Positions 1-14,001 of a stretch of 64,000 nt of DNA are shown piece after piece (the stretch's first letter is position 1; the number at the start of each line of letters is the position of its first letter). Below the pieces are notes generated by a model that made no database searches, was not told where the DNA came from, and was given only the letters and a program-made list of their open reading frames with translations. The position numbers and the translations under genes are program-made. Source of the stretch: Neocallimastix sp. 'constans' (lineage: Eukaryota); contig JBODTK010000124.1 of NCBI GenBank assembly GCA_050613775.1, positions 434,001 to 498,000 of the forward strand, in the 5' to 3' direction.

Positions 1-141
1 ATTATAATAAAATTAAAATTTTTTATTAAAAAAATTTTTTTTTTTATTTTTTTAATTTTATTAATAATTAAAGTTTTTTCGATCATTTAGTATTACTTTT
101 CATTCCTTTTTAAATAAATTAATATTTATTTAAGAAAAAGG

Positions 142-178
<37 letters not shown>

Positions 179-539
179 ATTAACTAAAATAAAATGATTA
201 TACTATGTATATAAAAAGAGAATGAGAATGTTATAATACTACCTTTACTTTAATAAATTAAAGAATAATATTATAAAAAAATATAATAATAATATTAATA
301 ATATTAATAAAAAAAAAAAAAAGATAAATATATTAAATGAAAATTTAAAAACTAATATTCTAGAGGATAGTGAAGTCCATGATCTTCGTTTTCCTTAGCC
401 CAATGCTTTTATGTAAATTTAGAATATTAAATATTTTTTTAAAAAAAAATGAATTTTTTTTTTATTATATACTATAATATAAATTTTATAATATGTATAT
501 TCTATATCGAAACGAAGCTTTTATAAATATTTTATCATA

Positions 540-570
<31 letters not shown>

Positions 571-1249
571 TATTATTATTATTATTATTATTAATAAAAT
601 ATTAATTTATAAGAATATATTTTTTTATTATTTACACAAATTAAATAAATAAATTATGAAAAGAGTCCTTACATCATCATCCACACTTTTGAAAAAAATA
701 AAAAAAAATAAAATAAAATAAAATAAATGTTAGAATATTAAATGTAATTAAGGTACAGATTGAATAAAATAAAATAAAATAAAATAAAATAAATAGTTGA
801 AATATGAATATAAAGTACAGATTGAATAAAATAAAAATAAAATAAAATAAAATAAAAACTACTACTAATTATAAAGTGAAAATTTAATAATTTTGAAGTT
901 CATTTAAACATTTTATACTAATTTTTTTTTTTATAAATAAAATTGCTCATATCGAACTATCAAACTTTTTTTTTTTACTTGGTGATAATTTCTCCTAATA
1001 TTCAATATAAAAAGAAAGAAAGAAAAACTTTTATCTTTTCTTTTTTTTTTTTTAATTATTTTAAAACTTTTATTTCAATGTTTTATTCTTTTGCATAAAA
1101 AAAAAATTTTTTTTCTTGCAGTATTAAATTAGCAATATCAATTAATTAATAGATCATTTTATAAAAACTATAAATGACGTATAAATGACATCATTTTTTA
1201 TTTTATCCAAATTAAAGATTACTCAATAGTCTTATTATTTATTATTCAA

Positions 1250-1530
1250 TTATTTATTATTTATTATTTATTATTTATTATTTATTATTTATTATTTATT
1301 ATTTATTATTTAATTATTTAATTATTTATTATTTATTATTTATTATTTATTATTTATTATTTATTATTTATTATTTATTATTTATTATTTATTATTTATT
1401 ATTTATTATTCAATTATTTATTATTTATTATTTATTATTTATTATTTATTATTTATTATTTATTATTTATTATTTATTATTTATTATTTATTATTTATTA
1501 TTTATTATTTATTATTTATTATTTATAATT
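1250..1530. repeat. (TTATTTA)n heptamer microsatellite array
   Basis: Near-perfect tandem TTATTTA units. The same unit recurs near 28.0, 38.8-38.9, 44.5-44.7, 45.3-45.4, 46.1 (opposite strand) and 62.1-62.3 kb. Confidence 0.9.
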
Positions 1531-2092
1531 AATTATCTATTATCTATTATTTATTTTATTTATAATTTAATTATTAAATTATTTATTATTCAATTATTTA
1601 TTCATTATTTATTATTTATTTATTTATTTATTAATCATTCAACTATTTAATTATTCCATTATTAATCCTTTTTCTTTTTTATTTCATTAAAAGTATTAAA
1701 AATAATAATAAAATAAAATAAAATTTTTTTTTTTTTAAATTGATGCATCCAATTTATATATTTTTATTAAAGTATAATTTCTTACATTGATATAAAATAA
1801 AATTTTAATTAAAGATAATTAAAAAAGAAAATAAAAAATAATTGATATTTATATATATGATATATAATATATACATAACTTCTTTTTTTTTTTTTTTTTA
1901 TTTATTTATTATTATCACTATTAGCATAATTAATTAGTATTTTTTTTTTATATCCATACTATTATTATTAAGATTATTATTTCTACTATAATTATGTCCA
2001 AATCTTTTTTTTTTTTTTTTTCATAAGAAAAAGGTGATAATGAAATTCTTTGGTATTATTAACATAACATATTTAGGATTCAAATTTTTTAT

Positions 2093-2142
<50 letters not shown>

Positions 2143-2351
2143 GTAAAAAAAGTTTCATAATTAAAAAAAAAATAAAAAAAAAAAATGAAATGAACTAACG
2201 AACTAAATATATTTTATTCATTAAAAAATTCATGTTAATAATGATAATAATAAGAGTAATAATATTATTATTATTATTACCAGAGTTAGTAAAAAAAAAA
2301 AAATAATAATAATTTTATAAACTATTGAAGTGGATTGATAATTTTTAATGG

Positions 2352-2394
<43 letters not shown>

Positions 2395-2769
2395 AAAAAA
2401 AATTAATATATTAAAATTTAATTTAATTTTATTTTTTTTTTAAATTTAAACAAGGATTTATAATAATAGATTTACTTTTAAAAAAAAAATATTATATTAA
2501 TATTTTTTTTTTTAAATTTTTTTTTTAAATTTTTTTTTTTTTTTTTTTTTTTTAATTTTTCAAATTTTATAAAAAAAATAAAAAATAAAATAAAATAAAA
2601 TAAAAAAAATAGAAAAAAAAACTCATTTATAAATATCATTAACTACTTTTAATTTTTTTTTATTTATTTAATATATATAATTTAACAATATTATTATTTT
2701 TTTTTTATTTTATTTTATTATTATTCTTTTTAATAATATATTATTTTATCTATTTAATTATATTCTCTA

Positions 2770-2800
<31 letters not shown>

Positions 2801-2833
2801 TTATTTTTTTTTTTATTTTTTTTATATTAAATT

Positions 2834-5392
2834 ATGAATAATACTAAAAATTCCAATGAAGAAATACAAAAAGAATTAAAAATTATCTTAAAAAAAAATA
2901 ATAAAACGGAATTGGAAAATTATTTTATAGAAAAGGATATAGCCATAAAGGATATAAGAGGAGGAGGAGGAAGCGATAATTTTGATTTATTGATTTATTC
3001 TATTGAAAATGGAGCCTCCCTAGACATCTTAAAATTTTTTATCACTCAGGGACAGACTACACTGGATTTAAATTACACGACAAACCACCATGGTCAGGAG
3101 AAGGTACCTCTCTTTTCTGCCCTCATGAACAATAATTTTAGCGTGGCAGATCTTTTATTACAAAATAAAGCCGATATTAATTATTGCGTTAATAATAAGG
3201 AGGATGGTGACATCATCCATTATCTCTTTACCCATGCCAGCCTCAATAACAAAAACTTAAAATATATATTGAATCATGGGTACGATACCTATTTTCTTTT
3301 CACGAATATTAATTCAAGCTTAATCACTGATTTTATACGAAGCTTTAAAAATAAATTTTTAGAGATCATCTTTAAACACTATCTCTTCGATAATGCCTTC
3401 ATTATTAACCTTCTTAAATGGTATAAAAATCGTACCCCTCTCTCTCTCCATCATTTACAAGGGGTAATTACCAAGGAAAAAAATAAATTAAATATTAAAG
3501 AGAATACCTATGAAAACTATTATCATGACGCCCACAAGGAAGAAAATTGTGGCGCCATTAAAATCTTGCTTGAAAATGATGGCAGTGAACCGGAGATCAT
3601 CTTTCGAAGAATAAATCTCTACGACATACTGGAGATGGCAATCAAGTTGAATGACTATAAATTTGTGGCAACCATTCTTCAGCAGTACGACTCTTTTTTC
3701 AGTTTTAAGGGTATTATTTCTGAAAAAAATTTTATTTGTTCCAGTGAAAATAACAATATGGATATCATGAAGCTGTTAATTGAAAAGGCCTTAAATTTAC
3801 CCATCAAAGAAAATAAAAATAATAATGCCATCGCTTTTCGGACTTCTTTTGGCACCAAAAATTTCTCCTCTTCCTCCTCTTCCTTCCCTTCTTCTTCTTC
3901 TTCTTCTTCTTCTAGTCATGACCTCCATAAAACCTATTCCTTAAATATCATTTTAACTATGGCCATCGAAAGTAAAAATATGACCCTCGTTAAATATTTA
4001 TTGGAAACAGAGGAATACAGCCGTTACATCGATGTTAATACAGCAAATGAAAATGATGAATTTCCAATTATTTCTGCGTTCTATGCCAATAGTGTTGACC
4101 TCTTTAAATATCTATTAGAAAAGGGCGCCAATAGTAACACAAAAAATAAAAATGGTGCGTCGTTACTTTCCCTCGTCATTGATAGATTTAACTACAATGT
4201 CAAATATATAAAGTATCTCTTTGACCACAACGTCGACATCACTGCAAAGGATGCCAGTGGTACCTATCCTTTAATTAAAGCCATTTATAAAGATGATTTT
4301 GATAGCGTCCTTCTGTTAATTAAATATGGGATAAAGCATCATATTGATATGAATATTACTGACGTTAATGGCAGTACTCCCATAACGCTCTCCTATAAAA
4401 TAGAGCATCATGGAATTTTCAAATTTTTAGTGAACTATTTAGATATCAATGGAAAGGACGCCAACGGGAAGAGTATTCTCTATTATACCATCCTCAATGG
4501 GGATGTAGAAACTTCCAAGTATTTGATTAGTCATGGCGCAGACCTTAACTCCATTGATAAAGATGGTAATTCCGCCTTTGATCTTTCTCTTACTCAATGT
4601 ACCGAACTGGTGACCCCTTTAATTAATAATAAAAATTTACTGTTAAACAGGCCAAACGTACGAGGGGAGACCCCGTTAATTTCGATGATTAAGAGTATTA
4701 ATCCTTGTAGGAATAAAGAGAAAAAAATATCCTATTACTATTTAAATATTAGTTTTAAGATTGCCAGTTTAATTGAAAGAGGATCCGACGTTAATTACGT
4801 TGATAAGGAAGGCAATACTCCCTTAGTCTATGCCATTGAAAAGAAATCCTTAACGGTGGTGATGCTTCTCATCAAACATGGAGCCAATATTAATTTTTTC
4901 ATAGCGAATAGAAATATCACCATTTTGATGTATGCCATTGAGCTAAATCGAATGGATATCGTTAAATATCTGGTGAAATGTGGAGCCAATATTAATTTTA
5001 AAAATGAGAATGATATTAACGTCTTGATAAGCAGCTCCAAAAAGGGGAAAACCAAGATATTTGAATATTTAGTGAAGAATAATGTTAATGACTTTACAAG
5101 TGAAGTAATTAAAAAAGTTATTGTGGATAATCGATTAGACTTATTAGATATTCTCATAGAAAATAATATGAACATCAACCTCAAGGATGAAAAGGGAAAT
5201 ACGCCGCTGGTCTATGCCATTCAACATCGTAATCTTGATATCATTGAATATTTAATTCATCATGGAGCTGACTGTCATACTATTAATGATAATGATGAAA
5301 CCATTGACAGTATAAATTATAAATACTATTGGAAATACGGTCTTAAAGATGCCTATAAATCTATATATAAGCTTATCAATAACTTTCGATAA
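2834..5392 (+). CDS. Intronless multi-ankyrin-repeat protein, 852 aa
   Basis: Uninterrupted ORF with many ankyrin consensus units (e.g. DKEGNTPLVYAIEKKSLTVVMLLIKHGANIN, DEKGNTPLVYAIQHRNLDIIEYLIHHGAD) and a central poly-Ser tract. Confidence 0.92.
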   Translation: MNNTKNSNEEIQKELKIILKKNNKTELENYFIEKDIAIKDIRGGGGSDNFDLLIYSIENGASLDILKFFITQGQTTLDLNYTTNHHGQEKVPLFSALMNNNFSVADLLLQNKADINYCVNNKEDGDIIHYLFTHASLNNKNLKYILNHGYDTYFLFTNINSSLITDFIRSFKNKFLEIIFKHYLFDNAFIINLLKWYKNRTPLSLHHLQGVITKEKNKLNIKENTYENYYHDAHKEENCGAIKILLENDGSEPEIIFRRINLYDILEMAIKLNDYKFVATILQQYDSFFSFKGIISEKNFICSSENNNMDIMKLLIEKALNLPIKENKNNNAIAFRTSFGTKNFSSSSSSFPSSSSSSSSSHDLHKTYSLNIILTMAIESKNMTLVKYLLETEEYSRYIDVNTANENDEFPIISAFYANSVDLFKYLLEKGANSNTKNKNGASLLSLVIDRFNYNVKYIKYLFDHNVDITAKDASGTYPLIKAIYKDDFDSVLLLIKYGIKHHIDMNITDVNGSTPITLSYKIEHHGIFKFLVNYLDINGKDANGKSILYYTILNGDVETSKYLISHGADLNSIDKDGNSAFDLSLTQCTELVTPLINNKNLLLNRPNVRGETPLISMIKSINPCRNKEKKISYYYLNISFKIASLIERGSDVNYVDKEGNTPLVYAIEKKSLTVVMLLIKHGANINFFIANRNITILMYAIELNRMDIVKYLVKCGANINFKNENDINVLISSSKKGKTKIFEYLVKNNVNDFTSEVIKKVIVDNRLDLLDILIENNMNINLKDEKGNTPLVYAIQHRNLDIIEYLIHHGADCHTINDNDETIDSINYKYYWKYGLKDAYKSIYKLINNFR

Positions 5393-6956
5393 ATTAAATA
5401 TTTTATTTTATTTTTGATAAAAAATAAAATAAAATAAAATAAAATATATATATATAAATATATTTATTATTATTATCATTACCATTATGTATATATATAT
5501 ATATATGTTTAAATTTATTTAAGAATTAAAAATATTTATATAAAAATATATAAAAACTATTAAAGTAAATACCATAATATATATAAAAAATCAATATAAT
5601 TTTTCAACAAAAAAAAAAAAAAAAAAAATTGTATATATATATATATAGTATGTATATAGTATGTATATATTGATATAAATAATTTTTATATTTGTAAAAT
5701 ACCATTTAAAAAAAAAAAAATTATGATAAATTAATAGATAATAATTAATAGTTATTAATATTTTAAATATTATAATTTATTTATTTATTTATTTATTTTT
5801 TTTACTTTTATCTGTTATTGTTTTTGCTTTATTTATTGTAACATTGATAGATTTTTATTTTAAATTATACTTTATAATATTTATCAGAAATTGTTAAATT
5901 ATAAAATAAAAAAATAAAATTTAAAAAATTGCATATAAATTAAAATAAAATAAAATAAAAAAAAAAAAAAAAAAAAAAAAAAATGAAAAAAAAAAAAAAT
6001 TAAATAAATAAAAAAAAAGAATAAATTTATTTTTATATTTTTTGTAATATTTTTTTAAGATATGACAACTCTTATCGCTAATACTCAAAACAATATATAA
6101 ACCCATTATCTTTCATATTATATTATTTCATGATTACGTTGAAAAAGGAATAGCCTATATTATGTATATTGATTATACTGTTCTGTAATTCCGATGATAA
6201 TTCGATGGTTATTCTTTTTTTTTTTTTTTTTTTTTAAAGTGACTCTTCTAGAACAAAGAGAGAAAGAAAATATGGAATATAGGAAGAGTATAGAAAAGTG
6301 AACCTGATGTTTTTATATATTGTTTTAAACTGGATATGTAGTAATATTGGAGTTGTATCATTTTAATTAATTACTATCATGTAGTTTTCTACATATTATC
6401 ATTGTAATAAATCCATTGTATTTTTTTTTTTTTTTTTTTTACTTTAGCATTATTTTATATATATATTTTTATATATGTATATTTATATATGTATTTTTAT
6501 ATATATATTTTTATATATTTATTTTTATATATGTATTTTTATATATGTATTTTTTCTATAGTATTAGTTAAACTCATGTAGCTATTGTAAAAATGTAAAT
6601 GGAGGAGATTGATTCACTCCAAAAGCTTAGGTTTAAAGGACTTTTAATTTAACAGGATGGGAATTTTTTTTTTTTTGTATAGTCTTTCACTACTAACAAT
6701 TTATTTACCTTTTTCCATTTTAGTTTAAGTATGATTACTTTTACAGAAAAATTATTACCTACACCCAGCTTTTTTTTTTTTTAATCCATTAGAAAATTTA
6801 AAAAAAAAACTCAAAGATAAAAATTTTATTTCAAAAATTATGATTATATATAAAAAAAAAAAAAAAAACTCATCTAAATTGCAGAACATTAGGATGGCTA
6901 CATATGGAAGTGAATCTTGCGTATGATGATGATGATGATATAACAAAGAAAAATAG

Positions 6957-7007
<51 letters not shown>

Positions 7008-7049
7008 ATAAATGTTTTGTTTATTCAGTCTCTAATTTCCAGGTTAGCT

Positions 7050-7621
7050 TAGATACAGAAAGTTAAAAAAAAAAGGATAGTATAAAACTTCCTATTCAAA
7101 TGATCAATAGTCTAAAGAAACCATTCTACAAAATCAAAAAAAAAAAATCAGAAGGAATCCCCTATTACTTAAATTTATTAATCCCCACAAAAAAAAAAAA
7201 AAAAAAAAAATCAAAAAAAAAAAAATTAAAAAATTAAGAAATTTTTAAAAAAAAATTAGTTGAACAGTAGGATATAGAATTGTGAATAATTAAATAAAAA
7301 AAATATCTATGTATGTATTAAGCTTAAGAAAAATAAAAAGATAAGCTTGAATTATACCATTACGTATCAATATACATTATTTAATGAACTTCAGGAAGAT
7401 TTACAAATATAAAAAAAAAAAAAAAAAAAAAGCGAAATCATGAAGAACAAATTAATGATTATTTCCAAATACTCAAAACAATAATAATAATAATAATAAT
7501 ATCAACTAATTATGAAAATAATATAATAAATTATATTTCCTAATAATAATAAATAGTGTGAATCCCTCCAAAAAAAAAAAGAATATCCTGAAAGCAAAAT
7601 TAATCTCAGAAATTAATAATA

Positions 7622-7660
<39 letters not shown>

Positions 7661-8531
7661 TCCTATTCCTACTTCTGAATCCTTTTCTACTCAATCTTTT
7701 AGAATTGGTACACTTGGTACACACTGACATTGTAGGTAAACTGGAAAACATCTTTCCAAGATTTTCCAAAGTTATAATGACTACCTTACTTTCCTTGATG
7801 ATTTTCACAAAAATGTTGGATTTATCGATAAAAGAATAAATCTGATATATAGGAAAAATTTTATTGAATTTTATAAATATTGACATTAAATTTATATATA
7901 ATATTCATATTAATAAACGTTTAAATCTGATAATGGTACTGAATAGAAAAATATATATATATATAAAATGTAAACCTCCTTTTTAAAACAATCATGGTAT
8001 AAAAATTTTATTCATTCCCTTCCTTGGATATCCTCATCAAAATAGTCATGTTGAACGGTTAAACCAAACTATTAACAACTGTGCTAAAAACTCTTTTCAA
8101 ATTCTGGTAAATTACCTCTTTCCTTTTTTTTGGGGGGGGATTCTACCCTTTAATATTCAATGTGCGGCCTTTTCTTATATCACTCGAAATCCACATTCTA
8201 GTATATTCATTTCAAAATTCCTAATGAATTATTCATTACTAATAAAACCTATTGATATTTCTAACATTTAAAGTATTTGGTTGAAAAGCATTTTTCTTTA
8301 ATGATCATAAAAAATAAATAAACTTGAAAATCATTCTAAACAAGGTATTTTTATTGATTATCCTGAAAATTCTTCTGGATACTAACTCCATTATTACTGC
8401 TGCTAAAGACGTTCACTTTATTGAAGATATACCTGGAACTATTGATACTTTTTTTTTTTTCTTAAACTATTGACTCTTTAATCAACTATCTCAATTTATC
8501 GATTAAGGGGAAAAGTACTAATAATAATAAT

Positions 8532-8567
<36 letters not shown>

Positions 8568-8588
8568 TATAATAATAATAATAATAAT

Positions 8589-8626
<38 letters not shown>

Positions 8627-9284
8627 TATCAACAATATTCATATTTACAATAATGACTTCTCAGATAATAATAGTAATAGAAAAAGAAGAATTCAAGATG
8701 ATGAAGACTCCGATGATAATTCAGATACTCAAACACTAAATATAAGAAAAGGAAATATTATCTAACAATAAAAATATGAATAAAATACGTAAAATCTTCA
8801 ATATTAGAGCACAATATCCAAGTACTTATGAAGAAGCTATGAATTCAAAAAGATTCAAAAGAATGAGAACATAACTATAAAAAAAAAAAGATAAAATTAA
8901 AAATAGGTATGATAAAAATATTAATGATAGTGGTTAACATTAGTAATATACCAAAAAAAAAATGCAAATATTATAGACACAAGATGGGTATGTATGTAGT
9001 AGTAAAAAAACGACAATACTAAAAAAAAAAGTTAGCTTTGCAGTTAAAGGTTGTCAATAGAAAGAAGGTGAAGATTTTATTTCATCATAATTCACATACT
9101 GCACACTATCGGATAGTTTAAGAATCATCATCGCAATCGCATCTATCAATCAATAAATAAATAAAATTTAAAACAATTAGATATATATAAAAACAGCATA
9201 TTTAAATGTTGATTTCAACGAAACAATATATGTAAAAAATTCCAAAAAAGGAGATAAAAATTGTACCAAAAACAAAGTATGGTC

Positions 9285-9343
<59 letters not shown>

Positions 9344-10500
9344 TATATGGATTAAATCAAGCTAGATTTATGAGGAATAAAGGGAATAACTAATTATTTA
9401 AAATCGATTGGTTTTCAAACAATACAAATCAGGCAAATGCTTATTTTAAAAAATATAAAATATAATAAAGATAGGATTATTAACTTTTATAGGTTGATGA
9501 TATTTTAATAACTGACGAAGATTATAAAATTAAACATATAATTAAGAAGTTAAAAAAATAAATATACTATTTCAAAAGAATCTGATGTCAGAAAAATTAT
9601 TGGAATAAATATTTATAAAACTAAGGATGATTACAAAATAAATCAAGAAGATTGTCTAAATAAAATTATTAATAATTATAAAATGAATAAAACTAAAATT
9701 ACAAAATTATCCTTCGCAAAAAAAAATATTAAATAAAAATAAAAAAAGAATGCAAAACCTATTGATGTTGGAAAATACAAGTCATTACTAGGTTTACTAT
9801 TATATATTGTAATAAAATCTAAACTAGATATTACATATGCGGTCAATCAAGCATCAAGAAATTGTGAATATTCAACAACAATAGACTATAAAGTATTATT
9901 AATGATAATACAATATTTAAAATCTTCCATAAATAAATTAATATGTTATAATAAAAAAAAAAAAAAAAATAAATGAGTAGGATTTTCAGATGCTGACTAT
10001 TACTAATGATGAAGCTACCATGAAGATCGAAGATCTGTAAATGGATATATATTCATACTAGGTAACAGTCCAATTTCATGGAAATCTCAAATTCAAAAAG
10101 AAATGTTATATTATCAACAGCAGAAGCTGAATTTGTTAGTCTTTCCGAATGGGCAAAACACGGAATATGGTTTAAAAAAAAAAAACTTATTCAAAGAAAT
10201 TACTAATAAAAATATTTTAATAAAAAAATAAAAGTAGATAATAAAGCCTGTATAGCAATAGCTGAAGATGAAAATGGAAAAAAGGAAGATGTAAACCTAT
10301 TGATACAAAATGGAAATTTATTCAAGAAAAAATAAAAAAAAAAAAATAAAAAAAAAAAAAAACATATATATATATAAAATTAGAATATGTTAGAACAACA
10401 GATAGGCTAGCTGATCCTTTAACAAAACCAGTGAACCTATATTAACATTAAAAAAATTTAACGACGTAATTTTTAATAATTAAAAAAAATATATATATAA

Positions 10501-10557
<57 letters not shown>

Positions 10558-10763
10558 TATAAATATATAGAATATAAAATTTAAATAAATAATAAAATCT
10601 AATAAAGACATAATGTTGGGGGGAATGTTAAATAATAGAGTAATTAAGATGATGTATATTAAGTTTATTATAAATAAAATTAATATAAAATACATGTAAA
10701 AGTTATTATTTAGAAAAATGATTCTTCTTTATTAAATAAAAATAATATTTAATAAATAAAACA
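7050..10763 (+). mobile_element. Heavily degenerated Ty1/copia retrotransposon relic
   Basis: Frameshifted motifs in copia order: integrase LELVH.DIVG (~7700) and HVERLNQT (~8050); PSTYEEAM (~8820); DTRWV (~8980); RT KTAYLN (~9190), KALYGL (~9340), VDDI (~9493); RNase H GFSDADY (~9980), PISWKS, LSTAEAEF (~10110), LADPLTKP (~10410); PPT GGGGGGAA 10618-10625 followed by TGTTA (3' LTR start 10626). The 5' boundary and LTR end are approximate; no 5' LTR or PBS was recognised. Confidence 0.85.
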
Positions 10764-11136
10764 TATAATATAAAATAATTAATCATGAGTTTCACTCTTT
10801 TGCAATTAATCTTTGAGAGATAAGAAAGTTTTCATAAACTTATCAAAAACTTTTTAAAAAAAAAAAAAAAAAAGGATTATTTGGTGTAACCAGTTAATAA
10901 ATAATTAAATAATTGAATAATAATAATAAAATAGAATATTCTTAAATAATTTATCTTTATTTAAAAATTTATTGGTATTCTGATGTCCCAAATAAAAAGA
11001 AAAAAATTTTAAAAAAAAAAATATATTTATATTAAATGAAAATTAAAATTGAAAATTAAAATTGAATATTAAAGGGACAATAAAAATAATAATAATAATA
11101 ATAATAATAAAATAATAATAATAATAATAATAATAA

Positions 11137-11193
<57 letters not shown>

Positions 11194-11927
11194 AATAAAT
11201 AAAATTTCATTTGCATTCTTTTATAATATAAAACAATAATTTTATATAAATATTATAAAAGTTATAATTAATAATATGAAATCATTTTATTTTATTTTGA
11301 TTTTTTTGATTTTATATTTAATTTTTTTTTTATTATTAATTGTCATACTGTATCATTATTTTCATTGTTTATTTTAATTATTTGATGATACTTATTTTTA
11401 TATTAAATAATTAAAAAAAAAAAAAAAAAAAGACCTCTTAAACTATTTAATAAATAATAATAAATACGGCATAAGTCAATGATAATATTAAAACATGTAT
11501 ATAATCATATTTTAATATATTTTTTTGTCCCTATATTACAACATATCATTACAAAAATTAGTTTATTTTATTATTTATTATTATTGATTATTATTATTGA
11601 TTATTATTGATTATTATTATTATTATTGATTATTATTATTATTATTGATTATTATTATTATTATTGATTATTATTATTATTATTAATTATTTATTATTCA
11701 AATTTTTTATTATAATTATGACATAAATATAATAAAATGAAAAAAGATTATTATTTTTATATAATATAAATATAAATCATAGTTAATTATTTAAATTATA
11801 AATTTTTAATCAATTTAATATGGAAGAATTTTATTAGAGGGAATATTTTTTATTTTTTAATTATTATTTTTTAATTATTATTTTTGATATTTTGATTATG
11901 GATTATTTTCAAATAACAAAAAAAAAA

Positions 11928-11959
<32 letters not shown>

Positions 11960-14001
11960 AAAACAATATCACAATATTATTATATTAATTGTAAACTTTT
12001 ATTAATTATTATTTATTATATAATTTTAATTATTATCTTTTATATTATATTAATTATTATCTTTTTTTTTTTTATTAATTATCTTTTTTTTTTATTATTA
12101 TTATTAGTTAATCTTTTTTTTTTTATTTTATATTTATTTAAATATTATTTGTTCATTTCTATATTATTTATTTATCATTCTCTTAATTATTTCTTATTAT
12201 TAGCATAAACTTTTTTTATTATTATTTTTATTTTCTTATTATTCTTATTATTACCATTTATTTAATTATAAGAAACTCTTTTTTTCATATTATTATTAAA
12301 AATTTTATTATTATTTAATTTATTAATAAATACTCTTTTTATTATTATTTATTATTATACTTATTATTTAATTATTATTATAGTTATTATTTAATTATGT
12401 ATTATTTAAATATTTATTATAGTTATTATTATTCCATTTTTATTTTATTAATAGTATTTTATTTTATTTTATTTTATTTAATTATTTAATTATTTAATTA
12501 TTTATTTATTAAATAAACTTTTTTTTACTATTATTTGTAGTTTATTAAATAAAAAGTATAAATAATGAAATTTGACATTTTGTGTTACTAAAATGTCAAT
12601 TTTTATTATTTATTGGATGATTTCTTTCTATATTAAAATTTTATTTAAGTGTTTGTGTAAAATAAAAAAAAAAAAAAAAACACAAACAACATTAAGAATT
12701 ATTATTATAGAAAGAAAGAAATCCTACGAATCATCACTTTTGTTGTGTTACTAAAATATCAAATTTTATTATTTATATTTATGATTTATTTTATTATTTA
12801 TATTTATGATTTATTTTATTATTTATATTTATAATTATTTTATTATTCATATTTATAATTATTTTATTATTTATATTTATAATTATATTTATGTTTATAT
12901 TTATATTCTATGATTTATTTTATTCAATCTGTCCTTTATATTTATATTTTTTATTTTTTTTATTTTTTTTATAAAATTGAATATATATATAAATATATTG
13001 TTTAGATAAGAAACTTTAAATATTATATATATAAATATATTGAATATTAATATATTATTAATATATTGTATGATTTTTTTTAATCTTGGTAAATTTTTAT
13101 TTAAATTTATTATTAATTAATGTTTTTAATTTAATTTCTTAAAAAAATAAATGAATCAATATATTATAAATATATTATCAATATATTTTATTATATGACA
13201 TTTAATTAAATCATCAAAGTTTAAATTTTATTTTTAGATGTTTTTAATTTAATTTAATGGAAAATTTTTAAAAAAAAATAAAAAAAAATTCATTAATAAA
13301 AAAAATAAAAAAAAAATAAAAAAAAAATAAAAAAAATAAAATTTCATTAATAAAATCTTATCCATTATTATTATTTGATTTGGTAAAAAAAAAAAAAAAA
13401 ATAGTGAGTTTTTATTTTTTTTTTTCATATAAATAAAAGGAAATTGAACTCCCTTTAAAATAAAATTTTTAAAAAAAATTTTTTTTTTAAAGAAAAAAAA
13501 TTAAAAATTATAAAGAAAATATAATATAATATAATATAACATAATATAATATAATATAATATAAAATGAAAATAATAAGTAAAATAAAATAAAATAATAA
13601 AAATTATAATAATAAAATAAAAAATTAAATATATAAAAAAAACTTTTTCTTTTTTATTTTAATCATTTTAAAATTATTAGTTATAATTAGTATATTTTTA
13701 TATTTTTGTAGTTTTATTAAGAAAAAAAAAATAAAAATATTAATAATTAATAACAGTAATAATAATAAGTAAATGATAAAAAAAGAAAAAAAAATGAAAT
13801 GAAATTTCTTAAAAAAAAAATGTTATAAATATATATTAATAACAGTTAATATTAAATAAAATAAAATAAAATAAAAAAGCAAAATAAAATAAAGCAATAA
13901 AATACATTAAAGCAATAAAATAATATATAATAATAAAAGTACTACAAAATTCAATAAAATACGAAAACAATAATATAAACAATTAAATTAAAAAAAAAAA
14001 A

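Noticed and set aside
361..410. GC-richer patch vaguely resembling a reverse-strand tRNA or SINE fragment
   Set aside because: No cloverleaf and no intact T-loop (GTTCGA) or acceptor stem.
4828..5184. Antisense or overlapping ORFs within real genes (also 19093, 32512, 32941, 35800, 42231, 59035, 59675)
   Set aside because: Shadows of genuine coding sequence with no independent motifs.
6100..6950. GC-richer patches as snoRNA or exons
   Set aside because: No convincing C/D or H/ACA pair and no consistent spliced frame; unresolved.
7021..7050. TTATTCAGTCTC as a degenerate PBS of the copia relic
   Set aside because: Weak match, and no recognisable 5' LTR matching 10626 onward precedes it.
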